Sequence record: OK040907
From: Enterobacteria phage Ac3
Length of the DNA stretch: 64,000 bases
Strand: one strand, 5' to 3'
The notes beneath the pieces are model-generated. The model saw only the letters and a program-made list of their open reading frames with translations, had not been told where the DNA came from and did no database searches. Made by a program: the position numbers and the translations under genes. How positions within the stretch are numbered: the stretch's first letter is position 1; every line of letters starts with the position of its first letter. This document shows, one piece after another, positions 1 through 9,472 of this stretch.

Positions 1-674
1 CCAAATCCCGTAAACTGGACTGTTACACCGAGTCTCATCACATTATCCCGCGCTGCCTGAATGGCTCCGATGACGCGAGCAACCTGGTAGACCTGACCCC
101 TGAGGAACATTACGTTGCACACCAGCTCCTGGTTAAAATTTATCCGTCCGAGCCAAAACTGATTTACGCTGCCAACATGATGACTGTATCCACTAAATAT
201 GCTAAACGCAATAACAAAACGTTCGGTTGGATCCGTCGCAAACTGTGGGAAATCGAAAAAAACAAAGAATTCTCTCAGGAAACCCGTAAGAAAATGTCCG
301 ATGCGGTTGCCAACAAGGCGCGCCTGACCTGCCCGCACTGTGGTAAATCTGGCCTGTCTGGTAACATGAATCGTTGGCACTTCGATAATTGCCCGAACCA
401 CCCGAATCCGAAAGTGCGTCCTCCGATGTCTAAAGAACACCGTAATAACATCAGCAACGGTCTGAAAGCAATTATCCTGGAGGAAACCTCTTGCGAATTC
501 TGCGGTATGATCGGCAAGAAATGCGTGATTGCAGCTCACCGTAACTTCTGTAAGAAAAACCCGAACGGCCGTAAGAAAACCGAGAAAACCGGTACTTGCG
601 TGCACTGCGGTAAAGTTACGACCTTTGGCAACCTGAGCCGTTGGCACAACGACAACTGCAAGCACAAACACTAA
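1..674 (+). CDS. HNH homing endonuclease, C-terminal part (5' end outside window)
   Basis: Frame starting at nt 3 reads SHHIIPRCLNGSDDASNLVDLTPEEHYVAHQLL (HNH motif) then three CxxC...W-x-D/N-NC zinc-finger-like repeats; no in-frame stop upstream; E. coli-type codons. Confidence 0.75.
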   Translation, partial: KSRKLDCYTESHHIIPRCLNGSDDASNLVDLTPEEHYVAHQLLVKIYPSEPKLIYAANMMTVSTKYAKRNNKTFGWIRRKLWEIEKNKEFSQETRKKMSDAVANKARLTCPHCGKSGLSGNMNRWHFDNCPNHPNPKVRPPMSKEHRNNISNGLKAIILEETSCEFCGMIGKKCVIAAHRNFCKKNPNGRKKTEKTGTCVHCGKVTTFGNLSRWHNDNCKHKH

Positions 675-2359
675 TTGATCGTAGCAACGGAGAAACGACC
701 CACTTTCTCCATTTTGATGTGCTGACCGTAGTCCTGTGGGTCGTGGTCTTTGTGGCTGATAATGAAAAAGTTAGTATCTTTCAGGCCATCGAGAATTTTA
801 GCGACGTTTTTGATACCTTCGGCGTCGAACGCGCCATCGTACACTTCATCCAGGAACAGGCAAGAGATTTTTACACCAGAGACTTTTTCGGCGATGTCAC
901 GCCAGGTGAACAGGAGGGCGATATCGATACGTGCCTTTTCGCCTTGGGAGAAGGATGCATAAGAGAAATCTTCGCGGCCGCGGGATTTGATAGTTTCGTT
1001 GAATTCCTCGTCCAGGGTGAAAACATAGTCCGCCTCCATAATTTTCAGATAATGGTTGATCTGTTTGTTGAACAGCGGGATGTATTTCTTAATGATCGCG
1101 CCCTTGATGCCGCTGTCTTTCAGCATGTCGGTCAGGATGCCACGGTGGTATTTTTCCATCACCAGGTTGGTTTTAGTCTTCACGATCTTATCCAGCTCTT
1201 CCTGCAGGAGGGCAATTTCGTCCGCGTGGTCAATGAATTCAGAGGAAGCTTTTTCAATGGCAGCTTTAACTTTCTTAGCTTTGTCAACCGTGGTAATCAG
1301 GGACTGTTTCTTGTTACGAATATCGTTCGCCAGAGACTGTTGGGTCTTAATGTTATCACGATATTCGTCCACCAGGACTTTCAGGTTATCGCGGTGGGTG
1401 GACAGTTGTTCAAAAGAGTGGGTGCATTCGCTCACCTTATCTTTAATTTTGCTCACAACTTTATCACCGCTGGACAGTTGAGACAGGCAGGTCGGACACA
1501 GACCGCCCTCGTGGTACATGTTGATAACTTTGTTGTAGCTATCGATTTTGGATTTAATCAGCACGGCCTCCTGGCCAATTTTGTTAAAAGCATCAGTAGG
1601 GTCTTCGTCCAGCACGATGTTGACCAGACGTTCATTCGCTTCCTCGATTTCGCTTTTCAGGGTACGAGCTTCTTTAGCCAGATCGTCGTACATGTTCTGC
1701 AGGCGCGTCAGGTTGTCACCGGTCAGTTTCTTCTGACGTTCTACGTTGTCGTTGTAGATCTTGATCTGTTGGATAATAGAGTCTTTCTTCACATCCAGTA
1801 CCTGGTTCTGAGAGTTCAGTTCACGGATCAGTGCTTTGTTCAGTTTGTCCATCTCCGCCAGGGTGCCAACCTCCAGGAGGTCTTCGACCAGCTTACGGCG
1901 TGCTGGAGTGCTCAGGCCCATGAACGGAGTGTAACCCGCAGTGCCGAGCACAACAATCTGCTTGAAGCTAGCGTAAGACATACCGATCAGCTGTTCGAAC
2001 TCGGCCTGAAAATCTTTGGAAGAGGCAGATTCGTTCAGACGGGTGCCGTTCACAGTGATTTCAAAGACGTTTGGTTTTTGACCGCGTTTGATGTAATATT
2101 TCTTTTCGTCATATTCCATCCACAGTTCTACCAGGAGTTCTTTCTTATTGGTGCTGTTGATCAGCTGGCCTTTCTTAACGTCGCGGAACGGTTTACCGAA
2201 GAGGCCGAAGGTAATAGCCTCCAGCATGGTAGATTTACCGCCACCGTTACGACCAGTGATCAGGGTTTTCTGAACTTTGTCCAGCTGGATATCAACGCCG
2301 TTCTGGCCTACGCTCATAATGTTCTTGTATTTAACACGGTTCAGTTTAAAGGATTTCAT
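671..2359 (-). CDS. 46: gp46 recombination endonuclease subunit (Rad50/SbcC-like ATPase)
   Basis: 562 aa; N-terminal Walker A GRNGGGKST, central coiled coil with CPTC zinc hook, signature FSQGE, Walker B LFLDEV; partner gene 47 nearby; written in E. coli-optimal codons. Confidence 0.9.
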   Translation of the reverse strand: MKSFKLNRVKYKNIMSVGQNGVDIQLDKVQKTLITGRNGGGKSTMLEAITFGLFGKPFRDVKKGQLINSTNKKELLVELWMEYDEKKYYIKRGQKPNVFEITVNGTRLNESASSKDFQAEFEQLIGMSYASFKQIVVLGTAGYTPFMGLSTPARRKLVEDLLEVGTLAEMDKLNKALIRELNSQNQVLDVKKDSIIQQIKIYNDNVERQKKLTGDNLTRLQNMYDDLAKEARTLKSEIEEANERLVNIVLDEDPTDAFNKIGQEAVLIKSKIDSYNKVINMYHEGGLCPTCLSQLSSGDKVVSKIKDKVSECTHSFEQLSTHRDNLKVLVDEYRDNIKTQQSLANDIRNKKQSLITTVDKAKKVKAAIEKASSEFIDHADEIALLQEELDKIVKTKTNLVMEKYHRGILTDMLKDSGIKGAIIKKYIPLFNKQINHYLKIMEADYVFTLDEEFNETIKSRGREDFSYASFSQGEKARIDIALLFTWRDIAEKVSGVKISCLFLDEVYDGAFDAEGIKNVAKILDGLKDTNFFIISHKDHDPQDYGQHIKMEKVGRFSVATIN

Positions 2360-2374
2360 TTTGTATCCAATTGT

Positions 2375-3240
2375 TTAGAGGCTAGAGAATTCTTTTACCA
2401 GGGCTTGCAGGCTAGCTTCGATCGGATAACCATTTTTCACCAGCATTTTACGGAACATCACGTGTTTAGGACGGTTATAGCTGATCCACAGTTCGTACAG
2501 TTTGTCTTTGTTGTCCCAGTGGTAACCTTTGCGACGGCTGGCAATGTGAGCCTTACGAATCTCCGGATTTTTCCAGCTTGCAGCGACAGAGTTGGAAATC
2601 GGCTTTTGATATTTTGAGACGGGCACAGCGGAGCGAAAGGCTTACGAGTGTTGAGTTTGGTGCGTTTCATGGTCAGACCGTTTGCCAGATGCCACTGGAA
2701 TTTCTGTTTAGTTTTGAAGTTATTCAGACGTTCTTTGTTATCCTTACGGTTTTTCGCTACGGAGAAGTATTTCAGTGCGCGTTCACGAGCTGCATTACGG
2801 TTCTGTGGGTTGGAGTAATACTGTTGCAGGCGTTTAGAAATGGTATCGGAAACATCCTGTTTGATAAAAGAGTATTCTGCCGCAATCAGATCAACTTCTG
2901 CCAGGCTGAGGTTTTTATAGGTTTTGCCAGACATCATACGATTCAGCGCGTTCAGCATTTTACCGTTTTTACCTTTTGCCAGGAGGAAGTGTGCTTTAAA
3001 GTGGTTAAAGTGGCTGAGGTTCACCAGGTTCCAGGTAGATTTGAGATATTCCGGGAAGATAGATTTCGGCAGCACGTGATGTGCTTCGGTCTTGCCCGGA
3101 GTCTTAACGGTGCTGTTAACGCTAATGAAGTTGATATAGGACTTAGCGTCTTCCTCAGACAGCGCCAGTTTTTCCACCAGTTCTTTGATCAGGAATTCAT
3201 CGTTGATGTCCAGTTTGAAGTTTTTAACAAAAGATTCCTT
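2375..3240 (-). pseudogene. HNH (Mob-like) homing endonuclease, frameshifted and without a clear start
   Basis: Upstream frame has AHHVLPKS...NLVNLSHFNHFKAH; coding continues in another frame (SWKNPEIRKAHIASRRKGYHWD...) after an apparent 1-nt deletion near 2600; in-frame stop at 3241-3243 with no ATG before GTG 3177. Confidence 0.6.
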
Positions 3241-3488
3241 TTAATGTATCTTTTAGACCATTCTATCATATCATCATAATCTAAAAAGTATTCATCAAAT
3301 TCAGCCATGCAAACAACGCCTTGTGCTGTTTTTGATGTAATATAAATTATTCCAACATATCTAGAATCTTCTTCGGTATAATCAATATTTGCTATAAATT
3401 CATCATTAATGTCAAATGTCGAAAACTTCACAGTATGCATCCTTAATACAAGATACAGCCATATCTCGTAATGATTTAGGTGTGTCAT
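3189..3488 (-). CDS. hypothetical protein (3' end runs into recoded block; boundaries uncertain)
   Basis: 99-aa ORF, AT-rich; contains FDINDEF...EED motif also present in the adjacent HNH remnant; overlaps 3412..3675 in another frame. Confidence 0.35.
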   Translation of the reverse strand: MTHLNHYEIWLYLVLRMHTVKFSTFDINDEFIANIDYTEEDSRYVGIIYITSKTAQGVVCMAEFDEYFLDYDDMIEWSKRYIKRNLLLKTSNWTSTMNS

Positions 3489-3675
3489 TATCTAAAATGT
3501 TGAAGTTAAAAGATACAGCCCAGTCAGTGCAGACCGTAACCTTTTTAATACAATTATCTTCAACCTCTAACGGTTCAAACCAATATTCAATAATTTCTTT
3601 ATGCCCAATATCATCTTTTACTTCGCATTCAAAATGCTGACTCATCATAACATTTTTAAATTCATCAAAAGTCAT
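3412..3675 (-). CDS. hypothetical early protein
   Basis: 87-aa ORF immediately downstream of gene 47, start overlapping its stop. Confidence 0.5.
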   Translation of the reverse strand: MTFDEFKNVMMSQHFECEVKDDIGHKEIIEYWFEPLEVEDNCIKKVTVCTDWAVSFNFNILDNDTPKSLRDMAVSCIKDAYCEVFDI

Positions 3676-4691
3676 TGTGTTGCCTCTACATATAACTGAT
3701 TTGCATATTGAATAAGTGCTTCGCGGTCAGAATCAGTGATGTCTGGAATTGCATTAATGTATTCTTCCATCAACGTCTGAAGAGATTGAACTTCAACTTC
3801 TTCGCTTTCATCTGACTCGACAGAGTTATCAATTTTTGACACAACTCGTAATGAATGCACAACTTTTTCTAGTTCAGATTCGAACTTCGTCAGATTTTTG
3901 TCTACCTCAGTTACTATAACACGTACTGATAGATTTGTAAAATCTTTATAGTCAATTTTTCCTTTAAATGGATAATGAATTCTACGATGCCAGGTAGTAT
4001 TGTTTGGAATAAATTCCATTCGTTCTGTTTCTGTATCAAACATCCAGAACCCGCGAGGGTCATTCTCGTCACCTGCAGTTAGTGTCCATGGTGTCCCAAT
4101 ATATCTGACGTTTGCAGCCTCAGAAATAGTATGGAAGTGACCAGACCACACTTCTTTATAAGTCTTAAGGAAATCAGGTTCAAGACCGTGAGATTTCATT
4201 CCTTTATAAAAATAAAATCCATTCAGTTCCCAGTGACCAACACAAAAAGAAGCAGATGAAGTTTTTATGTGCTCGAGAATTTCACCAGTATTTTCTTCAC
4301 ACATCCAAGGAATTAAATCAATTAAACATCCGTCAAAATCTACTGTAGTAGGCTTATCATATACTTTAACATTAGGATATTTAGCCAAAAGCTCAGTAGA
4401 GGCATTTGGAGTTAAAGTATTTTTAAAGTGCATATCATGGTTTCCTACAACAGTATGTAGGGTAATACCAGCATCATCAAGCATTTGAACTATTTCACGA
4501 GCGAACTCCATAGTTTTATGCGTGATTGCTTTTCGCACATCAAAAATATCGCCATATTGAATCCAGGTAGTAATTCCATTTTTCTTAGAATATTCTATTG
4601 CTTGTTTAATTCCATCCAACTGAATGGATTGAACCCACTCGTCATCGGCTTTAACGCCTAAATGCCAATCACCTAAATTTAAAATTTTCAT
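3672..4691 (-). CDS. 47: gp47 recombination endonuclease subunit (Mre11-like phosphoesterase)
   Basis: 339 aa; metallophosphoesterase motifs GDWHLG, GDIFD, GNHD; adjacent to gene 46. Confidence 0.92.
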   Translation of the reverse strand: MKILNLGDWHLGVKADDEWVQSIQLDGIKQAIEYSKKNGITTWIQYGDIFDVRKAITHKTMEFAREIVQMLDDAGITLHTVVGNHDMHFKNTLTPNASTELLAKYPNVKVYDKPTTVDFDGCLIDLIPWMCEENTGEILEHIKTSSASFCVGHWELNGFYFYKGMKSHGLEPDFLKTYKEVWSGHFHTISEAANVRYIGTPWTLTAGDENDPRGFWMFDTETERMEFIPNNTTWHRRIHYPFKGKIDYKDFTNLSVRVIVTEVDKNLTKFESELEKVVHSLRVVSKIDNSVESDESEEVEVQSLQTLMEEYINAIPDITDSDREALIQYANQLYVEATQ

Positions 4692-4852
4692 ATATCAAGA
4701 ACCGTCATTGAAATGCAAAATAAAATTATTGAAATAAACCCATCTGGTGTGCTAAAGAACCCAATCCAACATGCTCTAGTGAATAGATAAAATGCAAGAA
4801 AAAGTATCACATATCCAAGAAATATCATTATATCAAACTCCGTATAAAGCTA

Positions 4853-4866
4853 AAGGGCCGAAGCCC
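4853..4866 (-). terminator. stem-loop terminator after a-gt
   Basis: GC hairpin AGGGCCGAAGCCCT with flanking T-rich run. Confidence 0.45.
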
Positions 4867-4867
4867 T

Positions 4868-6070
4868 TTATTTTGTAATAATGTCAAACTGTTCTTTAAA
4901 GCAGAAGCTTGAATCTTGATGCTGATACAAAAATTCATAAGCTTTTTCGCGTTCGCGGTCATAAAGAGTTCGGTCAGATGACAGTTCTTTAATACGTTCA
5001 AATGTTGATTCCATGTCATTTTCATCAAACCAAATGATACCGCTATCATGCGAGGTCAAAGGAGTATTATCAACACGGAATTTTAAATTTTCGCCAGTAG
5101 ATTTCCAAAATACCGGAATTGTTCCACATGCACCAAGCTCGAGATGAGTATATTCTAAAGAACGTTGTAGATATTTTTTATCCAACTTACTCAACTGATA
5201 ACCAAAACCGGATTTACTCATACGTTCAAGCATTTCGCTATTTACATAACGGTCAAGAATTTGCGTTGGCAAATTAGGAGCAATTTTAATTTGGTCTACT
5301 TGATGAAGACGATAATACTCGTATGGAATTCCTTTTTCTTTAATAGGAATGAACGCTGGAGAACGTTCCAGACCTTCCATAATAGTACTTAGTCCTGCAG
5401 GTTTAAGATGTTTTTCGTGAAAATCAAACATCTGATAAAAACCTTTCCATGTAGTCGTACGACCAATCCAACGGTTGATATTCATGTTAATTTCAGAAAC
5501 ATCTTTCCAGTAAGTTGACCGAACCTTCGCAATATCCATAGGAGGCTGAAAGTTATATACGGTCGGTGCTTCTTCAATATCATCAAACAGAGAAACAGTT
5601 TCTGGATACCACTCTTTCATCAGAACTTTATTAAAATCACCATTATCAGAATGGCTAAAAATAACATCAGCTCGACGAACAGTTTCTTCTAATCCCAAAT
5701 TTCGACGCAAAGAAAGAGAAGAATGGTCATGCTGATAAACTACAACACGAACAGAAGGTTTAATATTATCAATAATTTTTTTATAGTTATTAATAGTGTC
5801 TTCTTCAACCGAAGTAGCAGGAACTGAATTGATAATTAGAATATCACAATCATTTACCAGCTTAAGTGTTTTATCGTATTCTTTTGCCAATAAAACCGGA
5901 ATTGAAAATGATTTATAATCATGCGCGCAATTACGAGTAAATGATTTATCTTTAGCATAAACCAAAGTCACTTCATGACCATTTTTAATAAACCAATCAC
6001 GTTGCTCGAGTGAGAATTTTGTTACACCACAACCTTCAAGACCTCGAGCCATAAAAATACATACTTTCAT
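4868..6070 (-). CDS. a-gt: DNA alpha-glucosyltransferase
   Basis: 400 aa, length and sequence match T4 AGT (MRxCIFMARGLEGCGVTKFSLEQRDWFIKNGHEVTLVYAKD...). Confidence 0.9.
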   Translation of the reverse strand: MKVCIFMARGLEGCGVTKFSLEQRDWFIKNGHEVTLVYAKDKSFTRNCAHDYKSFSIPVLLAKEYDKTLKLVNDCDILIINSVPATSVEEDTINNYKKIIDNIKPSVRVVVYQHDHSSLSLRRNLGLEETVRRADVIFSHSDNGDFNKVLMKEWYPETVSLFDDIEEAPTVYNFQPPMDIAKVRSTYWKDVSEINMNINRWIGRTTTWKGFYQMFDFHEKHLKPAGLSTIMEGLERSPAFIPIKEKGIPYEYYRLHQVDQIKIAPNLPTQILDRYVNSEMLERMSKSGFGYQLSKLDKKYLQRSLEYTHLELGACGTIPVFWKSTGENLKFRVDNTPLTSHDSGIIWFDENDMESTFERIKELSSDRTLYDREREKAYEFLYQHQDSSFCFKEQFDIITK

Positions 6071-6123
6071 TTAATATCCTCTTTGTTTTGGTTTATTTTA
6101 CCAAAAATTTATAAAGCAATATA

Positions 6124-6137
6124 GGAGCCGAAGCTCC
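6124..6137 (-). terminator. stem-loop (terminator-like)
   Basis: hairpin GGAGCCGAAGCTCC in intergenic region upstream of a-gt. Confidence 0.4.
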
Positions 6138-6313
6138 TATCCACATAATACGCCATACAGAGGCTCATTAGAACTTTTAAATTTTATACGCTTATATGTT
6201 ATAGTTCCTTCTGCTTTAGCTTTATCATGAGACTCTTTAAAGCGTCTCATCATTTCCTCTTTAGAGGAACGAATTTTATTATAATCTATTTCAGAAGTCT
6301 GGATGTTCATCTT

Positions 6314-6520
6314 TCATAACTGCCACCATTTTTTGACTTGATAAGAATCAACCCACACTTTCATATTAGGGTCTGCTCTTACAATAGGAGGATTAACTTC
6401 TTTAATTGAACTATCATGGTATTCTTTTTCAGAAATTTTCACACAAAGATGACCATTCAAAGATTCAGTAAATCCTGCATTAATTTTAAGACGCTTGAAT
6501 TTTACGTGTGTAAGCATCAA
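6314..6520 (-). CDS. hypothetical protein
   Basis: 68-aa ORF in minus-strand early gene run. Confidence 0.5.
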   Translation of the reverse strand: MMLTHVKFKRLKINAGFTESLNGHLCVKISEKEYHDSSIKEVNPPIVRADPNMKVWVDSYQVKKWWQL

Positions 6521-6803
6521 TCATATCCTCAATCTGCGATCTAGTAGTCTTCCAAAGAATACTGATAAGTTCATCGTTATATGGCTGTTTTAGAATATCC
6601 CGACTTTTCTTGATAGCATATTCGTATTGAGCAAAATTATTATTTTCAGCCGCAATCTGAGCATGCTTATAAAGACGATTCAGTTCGCGTTTGTTTTTAG
6701 ACAATAACTTATTTGCTTTTCTTTCTGCTTCAAGACGGTTCTTTTCTTCAATAGAAGAAATAAGCTTTTCCACTTCATCATTAATTTCGGGTTTATCAGT
6801 CAT
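6486..6803 (-). CDS. hypothetical protein
   Basis: 105-aa ORF, coiled-coil rich. Confidence 0.55.
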   Translation of the reverse strand: MTDKPEINDEVEKLISSIEEKNRLEAERKANKLLSKNKRELNRLYKHAQIAAENNNFAQYEYAIKKSRDILKQPYNDELISILWKTTRSQIEDMIDAYTRKIQAS

Positions 6804-6804
6804 A

Positions 6805-7023
6805 TTATTTCTCTAATATAAAATAAAAATCATCATCTGTTAAATGATACCGATAGTTTAATTCTACACCATTAGATTTAAAAGCGGTATCATACGGATT
6901 TTCTGGATCAATATCAATGTCAAGAGCTAAAACTTCCCTGAGATACATTTTAAGTAAATAGGGAATAGCTTCAACTTCAGGTATTTCTTCCAAGAATCCG
7001 GAGAGGTTAATCGTTAGCCTCAT
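6805..7023 (-). CDS. hypothetical protein
   Basis: 72-aa ORF, start overlaps gene 55 stop. Confidence 0.5.
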
Positions 7024-7570
7024 ATAAAAAATCCAAACTAGGAGAATCGTCTACAACACTTTTCTTTTCAGCCCCCGGTGTTCTATAGGTTGATTCTTCG
7101 TAATGCGTCATTTTATCATAGATGTCTTGAATAAAAGTTTCATCTACTAACGCAACCATATCGTCGTCACGACTGTCATAGACATTGTGAACGAAGTAAC
7201 TATATTTCTTTGCAACTTCCTTACGTTCTTTTTTAATACGTTGGACGAATGCATTAAAACAAGCTTGAGTTATATACGCATGTGGGTTTTTATATTTCGT
7301 TTCATCAAAATTGTGAAGCCCCTTAATAGAAGCTTCTATACCATCTGCAATCATTTCTTGTTTCCAAGACTGGGTGTATCCTGAAAAGTTGAAACGTTTA
7401 GATAAGCCTTCTGCAATAAGCATAATGGCTAATCCGATAGTATCATTCTGACGAACTACTTTATTTGGGTCTTTATTATTTGCTAATTCTGTTTTCCAAT
7501 CAATAATAGCTTGTAAAAGCTCTTTATTGTTTACGTAATTATATTTAGGCTTAGTTTCTGACATTTTCAC
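7007..7570 (-). CDS. 55: gp55 late-transcription sigma factor
   Basis: 187 aa, sequence and size match T4 gp55. Confidence 0.9.
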
Positions 7571-7642
7571 CTCTTAGCTCAATTCATAGATCTATTATAT
7601 CATAATATTTGAAGATCTATCTTAAAGCATAGAGGATATCAG

Positions 7643-7912
7643 TTATCTAAGTAAACAGTATGCTTGGAACACTTTCTCCATCATCTTTTTAAATTCATGA
7701 ATATCTATGTAATGACTAGTTAGTTCAGCATGATATAAAAAGTCTAAAAACTTTTCATGTGTACTAACATATTCACTTTCATTTAATTCAGAAACATGGC
7801 TTTCCCAGTATCCAACACCAGTCTTATTTGGGAAAAATGAAATTTTCATGTATTGGTCAACATAGAAAATGCCATAATTTTCAATAGTAATAGAAATATT
7901 AATAAATTTCAT
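7643..7912 (-). CDS. hypothetical protein
   Basis: 89-aa ORF. Confidence 0.5.
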   Translation of the reverse strand: MKFINISITIENYGIFYVDQYMKISFFPNKTGVGYWESHVSELNESEYVSTHEKFLDFLYHAELTSHYIDIHEFKKMMEKVFQAYCLLR

Positions 7913-8124
7913 ACATTCATCAACTTAGCCGCTTCAAGAGCTGCATCTAGTGAATCAAATTGGTCAACGTATTCAATCAATTCGCCGTAATTGGCATATA
8001 ACCACCATTGGCTAAATTCATACTCAAGGATGAATCCATTTCCTTCAATTTGAGTTAAACCATTGCCGTTTGTATTTACTTCATATCCGGCAAGACGCAA
8101 ATCGTTAATAAGAGCTTCGTTCAT
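7909..8124 (-). CDS. hypothetical protein
   Basis: 71-aa ORF with overlapping stop/start. Confidence 0.5.
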   Translation of the reverse strand: MNEALINDLRLAGYEVNTNGNGLTQIEGNGFILEYEFSQWWLYANYGELIEYVDQFDSLDAALEAAKLMNV

Positions 8125-8126
8125 AA

Positions 8127-8453
8127 TTATACCTTAGTAATTTTCAGGTCTGCAAATTTTTTCTTGCGTTGATTTTTCATGCGACGAATAGTTTTATCGG
8201 AAATTTCATGCTTTTGATAAGCTTTAGATTCTACACCAAAAGCTTTAACATCAAATTCTGACAAGATATATTGAACCAACAATTCACGGACAGTATTGCG
8301 TCCAATTTTCTGATCATTCTGTTTCATCGTCTGATGAAGTTCTTTTTCCCATTTATCCAAAATTTGAGGAGTTACAATATCGCCTTTTTCTAGCAAAGAA
8401 ACTACTTTATCATATGCATAAGAATTAATGACGTTTTTAATCTGAATAGTCAT
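8127..8453 (-). CDS. hypothetical protein
   Basis: 108-aa ORF. Confidence 0.55.
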   Translation of the reverse strand: MTIQIKNVINSYAYDKVVSLLEKGDIVTPQILDKWEKELHQTMKQNDQKIGRNTVRELLVQYILSEFDVKAFGVESKAYQKHEISDKTIRRMKNQRKKKFADLKITKV

Positions 8454-8492
8454 ACATTATCCTCAATTACGTTAAAATTTTATTATCCAAAA

Positions 8493-8506
8493 AGGGCCGA
8501 AGCCCT
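8493..8506 (-). terminator. rho-independent terminator
   Basis: hairpin GGGCTTCGGCCC followed by TTTTT on minus strand. Confidence 0.5.
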
Positions 8507-8706
8507 TAGCTAAACTTTTTGGCACCCTTCCAGCCTTCATACATCATTGCGGCTGATATTAATATTGCTCCTGAGCAACTTGAATATTTGTGATTCCAAA
8601 ACCAGTTTAGAAAAACTTCGTCATCAATACCTTGGGCTATCATATTTTCAAAGAACTGACGACGAGCTTCGGCAATTCGCTGCGATAATTTAGATTCAGG
8701 ATTCAT
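8506..8706 (-). CDS. hypothetical protein
   Basis: 66-aa ORF. Confidence 0.5.
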   Translation of the reverse strand: MNPESKLSQRIAEARRQFFENMIAQGIDDEVFLNWFWNHKYSSCSGAILISAAMMYEGWKGAKKFS

Positions 8707-8922
8707 TTAAATTTCCCAATTGCCATTTTCATCAATAAATTTAATCCAGTCATTTACTGACCACTTAGTTGTATCGCCTTTTGGAGTAACATTTAAAGTG
8801 TATAACCCCTGCTTAAAAAGCATTCGTTTAATATTCATATTTTCCTCAGCTGTAACGATAACATTCGTTTGATTTGCGCTTAGCAACTCGTTGAGATGTA
8901 TTATAATCAAAATCATCGTCAA
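8707..8922 (-). CDS. hypothetical protein (start may be internal)
   Basis: 71-aa ORF; 5' part overlaps 8846..9184 in another frame. Confidence 0.4.
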   Translation of the reverse strand: MTMILIIIHLNELLSANQTNVIVTAEENMNIKRMLFKQGLYTLNVTPKGDTTKWSVNDWIKFIDENGNWEI

Positions 8923-9184
8923 TGTAAACTGATTTTTTCAACTTTCTTACTTCACCACGCAGTTGACGATTCAATTCATTCTTAACCTCTGAATCAACAC
9001 CTCGCATACGTCGCCATTTATCTGAACGAAAAATGTTTTCAACCATATCTTTATGACTTACCCCATCAGGAGCTTTACGCTTTCCGAAATAGTCATAATC
9101 ACGAACTTTCAAGTCTTTACGACGATACGTTTTACCCATGGAGTTTAATTTCCTTAGCAACTGAACTAAATACAGCACGATCAC
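8846..9184 (-). CDS. hypothetical basic protein (start may be internal)
   Basis: 112-aa ORF, Lys/Arg rich. Confidence 0.45.
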   Translation of the reverse strand: MIVLYLVQLLRKLNSMGKTYRRKDLKVRDYDYFGKRKAPDGVSHKDMVENIFRSDKWRRMRGVDSEVKNELNRQLRGEVRKLKKSVYIDDDFDYNTSQRVAKRKSNECYRYS

Positions 9185-9314
9185 AAATCATGTGTTTATG
9201 TAACTTAAGTATAAGATAATAAACATCATAACCATTTACGTAAGTAACACGAACAACATTACCATTAATAAAATAATATTGTCCCTTTTTAATTTCTTTA
9301 TCAATCATAACCAT
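9132..9314 (-). CDS. hypothetical protein
   Basis: 60-aa ORF downstream of an early-promoter motif. Confidence 0.45.
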   Translation of the reverse strand: MVMIDKEIKKGQYYFINGNVVRVTYVNGYDVYYLILKLHKHMICDRAVFSSVAKEIKLHG

Positions 9315-9339
9315 ATCAATTCCTCAAAGGCAATTCATG

Positions 9340-9375
9340 TGTTAATAATACCACAGTTTGAGCTTGTTGTAAACA
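9340..9375 (-). promoter_or_regulatory. T4-type early promoter
   Basis: minus-strand TTTCACAAAGTTGTTTACA (-35 GTTTAC) with A/T-rich -10 downstream; motif recurs through the early region. Confidence 0.4.
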
Positions 9376-9455
9376 ACTTTGTGAAAATTATTTTAGGGAA
9401 TGATAAGAAGGGAACGATAGCTTAGAATGGTAATATACAGAATGTGAGAAAGAAA

Positions 9456-9469
9456 GGCCCAGAGGGCCC
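9456..9469 (-). terminator. rho-independent terminator
   Basis: hairpin GGGCCCTCTGGGCC followed by TTTCTTTCT on minus strand. Confidence 0.5.
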
Positions 9470-9472
9470 GTC

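Noticed and set aside
641-2617. 658-aa plus-strand ORF antisense to gene 46, and similar long antisense ORFs at 22656..23753, 28481..28987 and 35347..35700
   Set aside because: They lie exactly opposite the recoded sense genes; strong codon bias on the sense strand removes stops from the antisense frame. Low-complexity translations, no SD, no recognisable domains.
4828-5049. 73-aa minus-strand ORF inside a-gt, and other small ORFs nested in large genes (e.g. 7187..7384, 49140..49334, 53357..53557)
   Set aside because: Fully contained within or antisense to well-supported genes; no independent signals.
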